A stretch of DNA of 64,000 bases from Pirellulales bacterium. GTDB lineage: Bacteria; Planctomycetota; Planctomycetia; Pirellulales; PALSA-1355. Each line of letters opens with the position of its first letter. Position 1 is the stretch's first letter. Below the pieces are notes generated by a model, which worked only from the letters and a program-made list of their open reading frames with translations, was not told where the DNA came from and ran no database searches. Position numbers and translations under genes: made by a program. The DNA lies in the NCBI GenBank assembly GCA_963733035.1, contig CAVTBU010000008.1:320001-384000 (forward strand), given 5' to 3'. This document shows, piece after piece, positions 33,426 through 45,636 of the stretch.

Positions 33426-34542
33426 TTAGCGACGACCAAATCGCCGCGTGCCGGCAACGCTCATTGGCATCGCGGCGCCTCCGCCGTCACCTTCGCCACC
33501 ACCGTGAAAATCGGCGAAGGGAGGATGATGGTGGCCATGTCCGAAGCCAAAGTCTCGTTGATTGCCCAGGTCGAGCGTCGTCGTACCGCCCACGTTGGCC
33601 GTGTCAGCGACGGTTGCCGTGTCGTCTACATTCTTGCTCGTCACGAATAGATTGCCCTCGATGTCGCCGTCGTGCGTAAAGGTATTGCTGCCGTCTCCCA
33701 TTAGGACGTGAACGTTGCCTGAGACCACGGCGTCGGTGGTGAGTTGCACCGTGTCGTCGCCGGCACCGCCGTTGTAAAGGAGGTTGCCGTTGATTGTGCC
33801 CGCGTCGATGAGCTGGTTGTTACCGCCACCGAGCATGGCATTGACCAAGCGGCCGATCTGCGCCAGCCTGCAGCTGCAGGGTATCGTCGCCGGACCCGCC
33901 GCGCGTCATCAGCACGCCGTCGATCTGGCCCGTGATCGTCAACTGATTATTACCGTCTCCCAAGTTGATGCCGGCGCCTCTGGCAATGGTCGCCGTCGCG
34001 CTGACTTCCACAGTGTCGTCACCGGCGCCGGCGTTGACGAACAAACCGCGTCCGATGGTCCCGTCGATAAACAAGGAATCGTCGCCGTCGCCAAGGTTTG
34101 CGAAGACGCTCTGCGTGACGGCCGTTGTATCGGCAATCGTAACGCTATCGTTTCCCGATCCGCCTACGTATTTCACGCTTTTGGCAACCGTGCCATCCGA
34201 GAGCGTGAACGAGTTGGTCCCGTCTCCCAGATCGACCATGACACGATCGACTGTGCCAGCCCCCAGATCGATTGCCAGCGAGTTGTCTGGCGCGCCACTG
34301 GCATCGTCGAGTTTTACCTTGATATTTCCGGTGATGCCGGTAGCAGTTTGCACTAGTACCCCGTTATCGTAGATATCAAACGTGCCCGCGCTGTCGGTCG
34401 CCGTAACCTCAACGGCGCCGTCGGCGGTGCCGGTCAGCGACAAATCACTGCCATTAATGGCCACCGAAACCGTGAGAAGCTGCCGGGCTTCAAGCGTTTC
34501 GCATCCCCAAAAACCCCTTCGCTGTGCCAATTTTCTCGACAT
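33426..34542 (-). CDS. Planctomycete extracellular (LEPRxLL-type) beta-repeat protein (apparent frameshift near 33860)
   Basis: ETLEARQLL motif and repeated xLGDGxN / GGxGDD units. Confidence 0.8.
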
Positions 34543-34795
34543 TGTCCACCTCCAGGTAGTCTCGTTCCGACCCCGCCTCTCTCACTATGGGGAGAATTGG
34601 GCAACAAAAAGTCACACTTTTATTTGATGAAAATCGCATGAGCAATTTTTACGCGGGGAGGTAGGAAAGCCCCGATCGAAGCATCTTTCTTGTTTGCCGC
34701 CCCAGCAGTATCATGGAACATGGCCGCGGAACAGATCGCACACCTCACACGGCGGCCGTGCATCCACTCTTCACCTCTGAAGACGGTGCCGAGTC

Positions 34796-35446
34796 ATGAT
34801 GAACGACCGTAGCGTCGCAACAAGCGGCGCCCGACATAGCGACGTCGAACGACTGCTCCACGCGGCACAAGCTGGCGATGCGGAGCCAGTTGGACGTTTG
34901 TTGTCCCTCTATCGCAACTATCTGCTGGTGTTAGCCACCACGCAATTCGATCGACGCCTGCGCCGGCGTTTGAATCCCTCGGATCTGGTGCAAGATGCGA
35001 TGCTGGCGGCGCATCGCGACTTCAAACAATTCAATGGCCAAGGAGAGCGCCAGTTTCTCGCCTGGTTGCGGCAAATCCTCATCAACTGTCTGCATCGCGC
35101 GGTCGAGACGCATTTGAAAACCAAGATGCGCGACATGCGCTGCGAAATCTCGCTCGATCAAGTCAATGCCGCGCTCGACCGCTCGGCCGTGAATCTCGCC
35201 GACATCTTGGCCGACGACGCGCCGTCGCCCAGCGCCCCACTGCACGCCAAGGAACGCGCGGTGGATGTCGCGAATCAACTTGCGCAGCTCCGCCCTCGCT
35301 ATCGAGAAGTCATCATCATGCGAAATCTGCAAGGGCTCTCGTTCGACGAAATCGCCGAACGCTTGGATCGCAATCCAGGTGCCGTGCGGATGTTGTGGTT
35401 GCGGGCCATCGGCCGTTTGAAACAAGCCGCCCAAGCGGACGTCTAA
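34796..35446 (+). CDS. ECF sigma-70 factor
   Basis: SDLVQD, FLAWLRQIL and region 4 LSFDEIAERLDRNPGAVRMLWLRA. Confidence 0.93.
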   Translation: MMNDRSVATSGARHSDVERLLHAAQAGDAEPVGRLLSLYRNYLLVLATTQFDRRLRRRLNPSDLVQDAMLAAHRDFKQFNGQGERQFLAWLRQILINCLHRAVETHLKTKMRDMRCEISLDQVNAALDRSAVNLADILADDAPSPSAPLHAKERAVDVANQLAQLRPRYREVIIMRNLQGLSFDEIAERLDRNPGAVRMLWLRAIGRLKQAAQADV

Positions 35447-35447
35447 A

Positions 35448-38392
35448 ATGCTCGAATCAAAGCCTAGCCGTTGCGATTTCTCCGAGAGCGTCCATTCTTC
35501 GACCTTGGCCGCCTTGACGCGCGAGCAACAGCACCGCTTGAGCGAAATCCTCGACGACTACCTGCGGGCGTTGGACACCGGCGTTCCGCCGGCTCCCGAA
35601 GACTTGTTGACCGCGCACCCGGACCTGGCCACCGTGCTCGAACCCTACTTGGAGAGTCTGGTGGGCCTGCACGACGTCGCCGCGGCCTTTGGCGGCGGCG
35701 CGTCCAACTCGGTAGCCCCGACGGCTGCGAGCAACGAGAAGCGCCTCGGCGACTATGTGTTGCTGAACGAAATCGGTCGCGGCGGCATGGGAATCGTCTA
35801 CGAAGCTCGACAGGTATCCCTTTCGCGGCGAGTGGCCCTCAAGGTATTGCCGTTTGCCGCCGTGCTCGATGCTCGCCAGATCGCCCGCTTCAAGAACGAG
35901 GCCCAGGCGGCGGCCCAATTGCAGCATCCCAATATCGTGCCGGTATATGCGGTCGGGATGGAACGAGGCGTCCACTACTACGCCATGCAGTTCATCGACG
36001 GACAGCCGCTCGATCGGGCGATCGCTCAGTTGCGAACGATTGCCGACAATCCACCGACAGGTTCTTCTCCGGTCACGGAATTGCACCACCAGGACGCCAC
36101 GCCCGACGCCAACCAATCGACAATCAGCTGGCATCGGGAGAATTCGTTTCTGTCTACGAAGTGGACGTCGCGGCGGGAGTACTTCGAGACCGTCATGCGG
36201 CTGGGCATTCAAGCGGGCGATGCATTGCATGCGGCACACAGCTACGGAGTGGTGCACCGCGACATTAAGCCCTCGAATCTCCTTCTCGATGGAACCGGCA
36301 AGCTGTGGGTAACCGACTTCGGATTGGCCCGCTTTCAAACCGATCTCAGTTTGACGCAAACCGGCGATGTCGTTGGCACGCGACAATACATGAGCCCCGA
36401 GCAGGCGCTGAGGACAGGCGGCGCTGGTCGATCAACGTACGGACGTCTATTCACTGGGCGCCACGCTGTATGAGCTGTTAACTCTTCGTCCGGCGTTCGA
36501 AGCCGACAATGGCACCACGCTCCTGCGCCGCATCGACCAGCAGGAACCGACGCAGATCCGCAAGTTGCAGCCACAGGTGCCTGTCGATTTGGAGACCGTC
36601 GTGGCCAAGGCCATGGCCCGCGAACGTGACGAACGCTACCTGACGGCTCAGGAGTTGGCCGACGACCTGCGACGGCTGCTCGAGGGTCGACCGCCCGTGG
36701 CGCAGCGGCCGACGCTACTCGATCGCTGCACGAAACTGGCTCGGCGCCATCGACGGGCCGTCGTGCTGAGCATGGCCGCCGCCACCGTGGCAATCGTCGC
36801 CCTGTCGATCGGCATGCTGCTGATCAGTCAGGCCAAAACCCGAGCCGAGCACGACTACGCCCGGGCCGAAAGCTATTTGCGTCAGGCACAGGACACGGTC
36901 GATCTTTTCGGATCGCGCTTTGCCGAGCGACTGGGACAAGTACCCGGTGCCGAGCAGGTACGCCGCGAGGTGCTGGCCGAAACGCTGGCTTACTACCAGA
37001 AGTTTGTCGAGCAAGCCGGCGACAATCCCGAGCTGCGGGCCGATCTGGCCACGACCTATGGCAAAATCGGTTCGCTGAACGACCAGATGGGAATGTCGGC
37101 AGAGGCGATTGCCGCGCATCAAAATGCCGTCGATTTGTCGCGTCAGCTCGCTGACGAGCAGCCAAAATCGATTGAATACCGCGGACAATTGGCCGTGGCC
37201 GAGAATAATCTGGCATTGGCTCTCGGTCACGCGCGTCGCGGCGATGAGGCACGCCGTGCGCTCGCGAGCGCGATTGACCTGCAAGAAGAGCTGCTTGCCG
37301 AACGTCCGAACGTACCGCGGCATCGTATTGAATTGGCCCTCTCGCACAACAATCTCGGCGCCCAACTGCGGGACACCAATGACGCGGAACAGGCGGCGGC
37401 CGAATTTCACGAGGCGATTCGCCTGGGCGAAGAGGTAACCAAGGCGCATCCTGACAACACCACCGCAGCACGCAATCTCGCGGCCGCTTTCAACAATCTC
37501 GCAGCGCTCGACCGCGGAACGAACCAGGCCGAATCGATCTCCTTGTATCGCCGGGCGGCCGATTTGCAACGCCGCGCCGTCGATGCACATCCCGGTGAAC
37601 TCAAGTACCAAAGTGAGCTGGCGACAACGCTCAACAATCTTGGGGCGGCGCAGGCTCGTGGCAATCAATTGTCTGAAGCCACCGCTACCTATCGCCACGC
37701 AATCGACATCGAAAAGGACGTCCTGCGGATCGTTCCACTTGATCGCAAATTCCGTCGCGACCTGGCAGTGACATACAACAACCTGGGTCTGACGCACGCC
37801 AGGCTGCACCAACCAGAAGCGGCACAAACCTGCTTTCACAATGCATTGGGATTTCAACAGCAGCTCGTTGCCGAACAGCCGGGCGACTTGGATATGCAGA
37901 GCAGTCTGGGTGGATTGCACAACAATCTGGGTATTGTGCTCGAAGGCTGGGGCCGCCACCAGCCGGCCGCCGACAGCTTTGCCAAGGCGATCGAGCATCA
38001 ACGGGCGGCCTTCGACGGTGCGCCAGGCGTCGAGCGCTATCGCACTTTTCTCAGCAAACATTACTATAATTACGGCCGCGCGCTGCGATCGCTCGGCCAG
38101 GCGGATGCGGCTTTGGACGCCGCGCTGCGCCGCAAGGAGTTGTGGCCCGACGATCCACAACGGTTGTTGTCCGTTGCCGAGGAATTGGCGCTTGCCGGTA
38201 AACTAGCGCGTTCCAGTGGAGTCGCCCAAGGCGATGGTCGCCAAGTGCGACCGTGCAACGATTGCGACGCTCCGCAAGGCGGTTGCTGCCGGGCTCGACA
38301 CGACCGCTTACGACCATCGCGAGGCATTCACCGACCTCAAGAATCACCCAGACTTTGCCAAGCTGGCATTTGTTGATGCAACCAGGGAGTAG
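35448..38392 (+). CDS. Ser/Thr protein kinase with TM segment and TPR repeats (apparent frameshifts near 36411 and 38230)
   Basis: GRGGMG, VALK, HRDIKPSN, DFG, YMSPEQ; NNLG TPR repeats; alternate frames restore DVYSLGATLYE and the C-terminus. Confidence 0.9.
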
Positions 38393-38396
38393 CGTC

Positions 38397-39866
38397 ATGA
38401 GTGTTCGCCCATCGAAACAAAGCAGGACCGCCACCCGCAAGGCGAATCGTCGTTTGGCGCTCGAACCTCTGGGCATGCGTGTCGTATTGTCAGCCGCTGG
38501 GATCGGCCCTCCGCCAATCGATACGGATTTTGCAGAGGTCACCGCGCGTGAGATCGACCGCACTTTCATCGCCATCGACAATTCAGTCCAGCTGAACGCC
38601 GTGTCGGGTCTTGCCGGCAATGCCAGTGGCGAATATGTCGTTGGGGACGTCGATCTGTCGCACTACCCGGGCGACCGTCACGAGTCGTTGGCCCCTACGT
38701 ATGGCAATCCTGGCCTGCCGTACCAATCCCTCGAATCGTTCTCGCTCGCAGCATCGCAAGCGCTGGCCGCGGCCGGAGCCTTTGGCACAAATCTGGTGCT
38801 CGGTCCGTCGTCCGTTTTGACGATTGTGATTGGCGCTCCGTCGAGCCCGCTGGCGCAACCGTTGGTCTACGACAATGATGCCCCCGCCATGCCGCACAAT
38901 TGGCAGTCAACTCCGTCGGCGGGCGGCCCGTTCGCAAGCTACGCTGCTCCACCATCAACGCCCGACCGCATCGTACCAGTGCAGCCCCAGACGGCCGACG
39001 TACGTGCGGCGGCACCGCCCGTCGATACATCGCGACTCGTCGGATGGCTACCCAGTTTCATCCAGACGGCAACCGTCCAAGTCAGTGCCGCCAACGCCAG
39101 CAGCAGTACTTGGTCCGCCATGACGTCTCCGTTTGACAGTTCCTACGACACCCCGGCGCAGTCCAAGACCACGCTCGTTCCAAATCGCTGGGAGACACTC
39201 GAAACCGATGAGGAAGGAGGCCTCATCGAACTTGAAGAACCGTTGGCCCAACAGCGCAATTGGCGACTGCAGGAAGATCGCAATGCCGGTGATCAGGCGT
39301 CGGAGGAACCTGCTAGTCCGGCCGACCTGAAGACACTCCTCGAGCAATTGTGGTCAGGCTGGGGCAAGGCCTGGGATGCGTTCGGCAACCTGGCTCAAAC
39401 CAGACAAGCGGCTGAATCGGCCGCTGCTTCGAACGAGGCAGTCGCAACCGCTACCGAAATCGCCGCCAAGGGAATCGACGTCGAACTTATGGACGGGATG
39501 ATCGAATTGGCGGCTGAAGGTCCGACCGGCACCGTATCGACCCAAGCGCATGTGGCGGAGATGCCCGCTGGCGACGGCGGTAAGGTTCGCATGGACGCCG
39601 GCCTGGCGTTGTATCAGGAGTTCGAATTGGCCACGGCGCCCGATGCGGTGCCGCCCGCGACTGCCGCCAACGTTCAGCCTCGGGATGGAGAATCGTCCCC
39701 TGAGAAGAGCGCCAAAGCAGAGGACACCGAACAGCGTCCACGCTCGGCTGCCTTGGTCGGCGCGGGACTGTTGGCGAGTATTCCGTTCTCTCTACATCGC
39801 ATTCGGCGGCAGGATGACGATGACGCGCAGCGCCGTTTGCGGCTTAACCTCGAGCGGCTCGACTAA
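38397..39866 (+). CDS. Exported low-complexity protein with LEP-type motif and C-terminal anchor
   Basis: RRLALEPLGMRVVLSA; Ala/Pro-rich; hydrophobic then Arg-rich C-terminus. Confidence 0.7.
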   Translation: MSVRPSKQSRTATRKANRRLALEPLGMRVVLSAAGIGPPPIDTDFAEVTAREIDRTFIAIDNSVQLNAVSGLAGNASGEYVVGDVDLSHYPGDRHESLAPTYGNPGLPYQSLESFSLAASQALAAAGAFGTNLVLGPSSVLTIVIGAPSSPLAQPLVYDNDAPAMPHNWQSTPSAGGPFASYAAPPSTPDRIVPVQPQTADVRAAAPPVDTSRLVGWLPSFIQTATVQVSAANASSSTWSAMTSPFDSSYDTPAQSKTTLVPNRWETLETDEEGGLIELEEPLAQQRNWRLQEDRNAGDQASEEPASPADLKTLLEQLWSGWGKAWDAFGNLAQTRQAAESAAASNEAVATATEIAAKGIDVELMDGMIELAAEGPTGTVSTQAHVAEMPAGDGGKVRMDAGLALYQEFELATAPDAVPPATAANVQPRDGESSPEKSAKAEDTEQRPRSAALVGAGLLASIPFSLHRIRRQDDDDAQRRLRLNLERLD

Positions 39867-40052
39867 CAGCCGCAAGCTCTGTCGTGCGACGAAACTCCGC
39901 ACCGAACGATTCCCGCTGCGCGGCGGGCACATCCGGACTACTACGTCGTCTTGCCGGCCGTGAGGTACGCAGTTTTCCGCGAGGCCGCCAAAACAGGCCA
40001 CGATTCACGCCGCGATCGCCCGTGATGGAGCTGTGAGTATCGTGGTCTTACA

Positions 40053-41063
40053 ATGAAACGGCCTGGTTCACGCACGCCTCACCTGGGAGACACCGTCGTG
40101 ACGGAAATCAATCGCCGCGAGTTTGTGGGCTATTCACTAGGAATCAGTGCGACGGTTGCTGTCGGCCTCAAGCCGGCGGTTGCCGACGACGCCGTGACGC
40201 GATCCGGCGACACCGCTTCGCCAACGTATGTGGCCTTTACCGAGAGCTTTCAAAGCTGGCCGATTCCCGAAGTGTGCCGAAAGTTCAAGGACATCGGCCT
40301 CGACGGCCTCGACCTGACCGTCCGGCCTGGCGGCCACATCGAGCCGGCCGACGCGGCGAAGAAGCTGCCACAGGCCGTCAAGGCCGCACGCGACGAGGGT
40401 GTTCGAATCGCAATGCTCTCGACCGCGATTGTCGATGCCGATCCGACGGCGGAAGAACTCGTGGCCACGGCCGGAGCCCTGGGCATCGACCGGATCAAAC
40501 TCGGCTACTATCGCTATACCCAGTTCGGCAAACTCGCCCGACAGATTGACGCCGCCAAGACCCGACTTGCCGGCGTCGCCCGGATGGCTGCCCGCCATGG
40601 CGTGCTTCCATGCGTACACATTCACTCCGGCGACACGATTCCCAGCGGCGGCGCGGTGGCTTATCTGCTGCTCAAGGATTTCGCTCCTCACGACCTAGGA
40701 GCCTATGTCGATCCAATGCACATGACCGTTGAAGGAGGCAACGACGGCTGGCGCCAGGGGCTCGATCTGTTGGCTCCCTGGATCGCAATATCCTCGCTCA
40801 AAAACTGCCAATGGATCACTACAGGACGCGACAAGAGCGGCCAGATGCGTTGGAAGTTTCAGAAGTGCCCACTGGCCGACGGCATTGCAAACCTCCCGGA
40901 CTACCTCGCTCGTGTACGCGAGCTCGGTTACCGTGGCCTGTTCACGCTGCACAGCGAATACTGCGATGGCAACAGCTGGAAAATCCTGAGCCCCGACGAG
41001 TGTCTGGAGCAAACGCGGCGAGATCTGGAGTTTGTGAAGGGGCTTGACGCGGCTTCGACATGA
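40053..41063 (+). CDS. Sugar phosphate isomerase/epimerase (xylose-isomerase-like TIM barrel), Tat signal
   Basis: NRREFV, DLTVRPGGH, DPMH and HSEY motifs; start may be GTG 40098. Confidence 0.85.
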   Translation: MKRPGSRTPHLGDTVVTEINRREFVGYSLGISATVAVGLKPAVADDAVTRSGDTASPTYVAFTESFQSWPIPEVCRKFKDIGLDGLDLTVRPGGHIEPADAAKKLPQAVKAARDEGVRIAMLSTAIVDADPTAEELVATAGALGIDRIKLGYYRYTQFGKLARQIDAAKTRLAGVARMAARHGVLPCVHIHSGDTIPSGGAVAYLLLKDFAPHDLGAYVDPMHMTVEGGNDGWRQGLDLLAPWIAISSLKNCQWITTGRDKSGQMRWKFQKCPLADGIANLPDYLARVRELGYRGLFTLHSEYCDGNSWKILSPDECLEQTRRDLEFVKGLDAAST

Positions 41064-41186
41064 ACTCCGCCGGCAAGGTTTGCGCCGCGGAACGTTGAAT
41101 AGCACGTCACACGTCCCGCACCGGGAGCCGGTCGGCTCACTTCCTCTAAATGCTTGCCACGACGCAGTCTCGCGACGGTGCCACCG

Positions 41187-44100
41187 TTATTCATCACGCA
41201 CGCCGCTAAAGATCGTGACCAAGGCGGTTCCAGTCTCGTGCGCGGCCAGCCGCAGTCCGTCGGCGTACGTGTGCGGCACGTTGACCATCTCGCTGTTGGG
41301 GGCACTCATGGCTGCCAGACTGCGACCGTCGGCAGTGAATCTCAGCTTCAGAAACCTTCCCGTCGGAACGGTAAGCGCTGCAACCTCCTGGCCGCTGGCG
41401 ATGTTCCAAAGAAAAACCCGACGATCGCCGCAGCAGGTGGCCAAAGTCTTGCCGTCGGAGGAAAACGTGGCTTGGTGCACCGTTTCCGGGTGACGCAAGC
41501 TGGCATGAGTTCGGCCGGAAACATCGCGGACTTCAACAACAAATGAACCGACCGAGTAGGCCACCAACTTGGCATCATTGGAAATTGCCAACGAGTGGTC
41601 GGTCGATGCGAGTTTGCGCAGTCGCGGCACCCGGCTGCTGCACGACCCAACTCGCTTCACCCGAATGGCTCCGATCGACCAGCAGGCTTCGATCGTCGCT
41701 AGAAAGCTGGTAGATCGAAGGACGAAACGGAATGTCGCCCGTCGCGCTGGCTCGTGGCAGCCAGTACCATTGGCGTCCGCTAGCGGTATCGGTGAAGTTC
41801 GTTCCATTTTCATGCTCTGAGATCAAGTAACGCCCCAAAAGCCTCAATGCGTATGTCTTGCGGTCCGGTAGCCGATGGGTCCGGACGGACTTCCAGTTTT
41901 CCACGTCCCATTCATCGACGCTTGCAGCGTCCGTCACGCTGGCTCCAAACAGAACTGGTCGGTCCGCAAGAAAATGCAGATCGCGGACGATGTTCTTCAC
42001 CGTTAAGGTGCCGCGCAGTTCGCCGTCGCTCACGCGAAAAACTTGCACCACCTCCGGTTGAGCGAGAATTGCCAGGTACCGCCCGTCCCGCGAGAAGGTC
42101 AGGGGCGCGTAGGAGATTTCCTGAGCCGGAATGCACAATTCGGCGGAAATGGTCTTTCGATCGGATGGCTCTTGGTTCCAAAGCTTCACGGTGCCATCAA
42201 AACTGGCGCTGGCCAGTTGATCCCCCAGTGGTGAAAAGGCCAACGTCTGCACTCGTCCGGTATGTCCGGAGAGAGTTTGCAAGGATATGTTTTGGTCCGT
42301 ATTCCACAGTCGAATGACCCCATCGGCACCGCCAGACGCAAAAACTGCACCATCGGGAGAGAATGCCACGGCGTCCACGTTGCCCGATGGGCCTGGCAAC
42401 ACGACCCGTCTTGCTCCACTCAATTCGGTCCGCATCACAAAGTCACGAAGCCCGAAGCAAACCTGACCGCCAGGTGAAACAGCCACGGACCAAACATTAT
42501 CATACGATTGGACGGTCTCCGGCTGCGACACTCCGGCATCCGCGGCGGATGCCTTACCGGCCTTCCCCGTTCTAAGTAAGATTCGACCGTCCGGCGACCA
42601 GGCCATTCCGTTCACGTCTCCCGGAACATCAATCAGGCGCGACACTTGGCGCGCCTTCAGGTCCCAAATCTGAATGTGCGGCCCGCGCCCACCGGCCGCT
42701 AGACGCGTTGCGTCCGTCGGGCAAAACGCCAGGCAGTGCACCTCGTTGAGATCCCCCTCCAGCGTGGCGACTAGGTCCAGGGTTTTGGCATCCCAGAGTC
42801 TTATCCGGCGATCACAACTTGCGCTAGCCAGCAATTGTCCGTCGGGCGAATAAGCCAGCATGTTGACGCAACTGTCGTGCGCCTTGAAGGTACGCCGCAA
42901 TCGACCGTTGTCTGCGTCCCAAAGCCGGATCGTGCCGTCGTCGCCGCCGGAGAGCACCCTTTTTCCGTCGGGAGAGAATACCACCGCATATACTTCACCA
43001 GCATGTCCGCTAAGCGTCAGCCGTTCGCCGTGCAGCCGCCGCATCAGCAAGTACCATTCAAATCCCCGCAATCGTGCTTCCGGTGCGCCGGTCCGGTAAT
43101 AGTCCAGATTCTGTCTGGCCAGAATCAGTTCCCCCTGGTCAATGGCAAGGCTAGCGGAATGCATACGAGAGGCATACAAGAATTGATTGGCTACTGCCGT
43201 TTGCCGCTCCGACTCAAGCGCGCTACGGCGCGCTTGCCGACTCGCGTCGCGGAGGTTCGCGATATAGACGGCCGTCATTACGATCATCGCCAGTGCCGCG
43301 GCATTACTGACGGCTAAAAGTCCGGCCAGCGCGGGTCGGCGGCGCATCCATTTAAGCATTCGCCGTCCGCTGCTGGCAGGCCGAGCTGTGGTGGGCATCC
43401 CCGCTAGATATCGACGCAGGTCGGCAGCCAACGCACCTGCCGTCGAATACCGCTTGTGAGGACTCTTCTCCAGACACTTCAAACAGATCGCTTCCAGATC
43501 CCTCGGCACGCTCAACCCCAAGCGGCGGAGACGAACCGGTTCATCGTTGATCACATGGTGCAGCGTCTGTATGTCGTTCTCGCCCGAGAAAACCGGCTGG
43601 TGGCACAGCAGCTCATACAGGATCGTTCCCAAACCGTAAATGTCGGTCGCAGGACTGATCTGTCGCGTATTGCCGGCGGCCTGCTCCGGGGCCATGTACG
43701 CAGGGGTACCGACAAACGCGCCGCTCCGCGTTTCAAACTGTGCCACCTCGTCGAGTTTCGCCAGCCCGAAGTCGATCAACTTCGGGTGATAGGCTGCCAG
43801 ATTGGCGCGGTCCGGCTCGCCCGCGATCGTCGGTTCGAGCAGCACGTTCGCGGGCTTCAGGTCGCGATGCAGCACGCCACGCTGATGGGCAAACTCCACG
43901 GCATCGGCCAGCGCAGCGGTGAAAGCGGCGGCAACCCGCCCGTCCAGCGGCGTGGGATGCTCCTGCAGCCAAGCGGCCAGCGAATTGCCCGGCACATATT
44001 CGTTGGCAATCCAAATCCGCAATCCGGTCTCGCCCAGTTCGTGAACGCCAACAATATGCGGATGCTCTAATCGGGCTGCTGCCTTCGCCTCGCGTAGGAA

Positions 44101-44475
44101 TCGCTCGCGAAGCTCTCTCGAGAGGATCGCTTCGGGCCGCTGCACCTTGAGCGCGACGTCACGAGCCAAATGTTCGTCTCGCGCGAGATATACGATACCG
44201 AAGCCGCCTCGCCCCAACTCTCGCACGACTTTGAACCGACCGATGAATTCGGGTACGTCGCTATTGAGTGGCCGTGCATGCGGCCAGATTTCTTCCAGCA
44301 GCAGCACGCACTCCTGCGCTTCGGAAAGCCGATGGCGGTCAGGCTCGGACATGGTCGATGACTGCTCGTCCGGATGAACGGTAGACGGATCGCCCCCTGC
44401 CAGCCGGGTTTCAAATTCGGCCAGCAGGGCGGCTAGTTCATCGTCGTTGCGATCACTCTCGATCATGCACGTCAC
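41187..44475 (-). CDS. Ser/Thr protein kinase with TM segment and WD40 repeats (apparent frameshift near 41640)
   Basis: GRGGFG, HRDLKPAN, DFG, YMAPEQ; GH...FSPDG...WD repeats. Confidence 0.9.
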
Positions 44476-45100
44476 TGTTCAGCAAAAGCTGCCGCAAGCG
44501 TTCGACTCCCCGAAACCACAATTTACGTACCGCCTCGGGTGATCGCCGCATCCTCGCACCCACCTCGGCAAACGAGAGGTGGTCGCGGCTGCGTAACACG
44601 ATCGCCGTTTTTTGATCTTTGGGCAGTTGATCCAGTGCCCTTTCAACTTCGCTTTGCCTCTCCGCTTTCGATAGCAAGGAGCGCGGCGATGCCGCCTCGT
44701 CTAACAGCCGAGTCGATGCCACCTCGAGCGCTTCGAGCGGTACCTCGCGCGTCATTCGTCGCTTGGCTGCCTGGCCAAAACGGCGTTGCGCACTGACCGC
44801 GTTCCACAACAGAATTTGCCGCAGCCACGCCAAAAGTTCCTCAAATTGGTCGCCGCGGAAACTTGCGAAACCGCGATGGGCATCGAGGGACGTCTCCTGC
44901 ACAAGATCCGATGGCGCGCACTTTACCCGCAATTGCGCCGATATCTCCCGCGTTGCCACTTCATGAAGGTAAACCTGGCAAGCCTGAAGCAAGCAACCCA
45001 AAGCCGCAGCATCGCCTTGCTTGGCCTCGCGAATCCAAGCCTCGACTTGCTCGGGGTTCGGCCCGTCCGTCGCGTTTCGTGACAGGTGCACGGTCGTCAC
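44453..45100 (-). CDS. ECF sigma-70 factor
   Basis: SDLVQET, LLAWLRQIL and LSFAEVGARMRRSPEAVRKLWFRG. Confidence 0.92.
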   Translation of the reverse strand: MTTVHLSRNATDGPNPEQVEAWIREAKQGDAAALGCLLQACQVYLHEVATREISAQLRVKCAPSDLVQETSLDAHRGFASFRGDQFEELLAWLRQILLWNAVSAQRRFGQAAKRRMTREVPLEALEVASTRLLDEAASPRSLLSKAERQSEVERALDQLPKDQKTAIVLRSRDHLSFAEVGARMRRSPEAVRKLWFRGVERLRQLLLNSDVHDRE

Positions 45101-45636
45101 CTAACTAGCCGCAAAATCAAACAAAAGCGGACGCTCACCACGCCGCCACCCTACCCACTAAGGTCGGTAAGCCCCCTGAATCAATGAGATTGTGAACTAG
45201 TTAGCTGGTATTTTCAAGAAATGCAAAAGTTTGACTTTCCTGTGGCCCAAAAAAGAGCGACTCGGCACATGCAGCAGAACTGACAATGGATAGAAAACAT
45301 CCATTCAAAGAAAGACACCCGAAAAGCTCGCGCCTCAAGACAATGGCATGACACAGGGTGTCATAGCCTCAATTCCGTCCGGCAGGCTGGTTCAGATCCA
45401 CAGTCAGAAAATAGAATCCGCCGCGGAAAGAGCGCAAACCACCAACTTGGTCACAAAGTCGACTTCGGCTAGATCTCCCAACAGGTCCCGCAGGCATGGC
45501 ACTGAAAATAATCCGTGCGGCCTTGGTCCGCGGGACCCACCGAGTAATACTGCATCGCCGACTCCGCGCATTTTGGACAGTCATAAACCGGGCGCTCCGA
45601 GTTTACGCGCCGGCGCCAATCACTTGCGTCCCCCGG

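Noticed and set aside
35457..38160. Long antisense ORFs (309 aa and 481 aa) opposite the kinase
   Set aside because: Typical shadow ORFs of GC-rich coding DNA.
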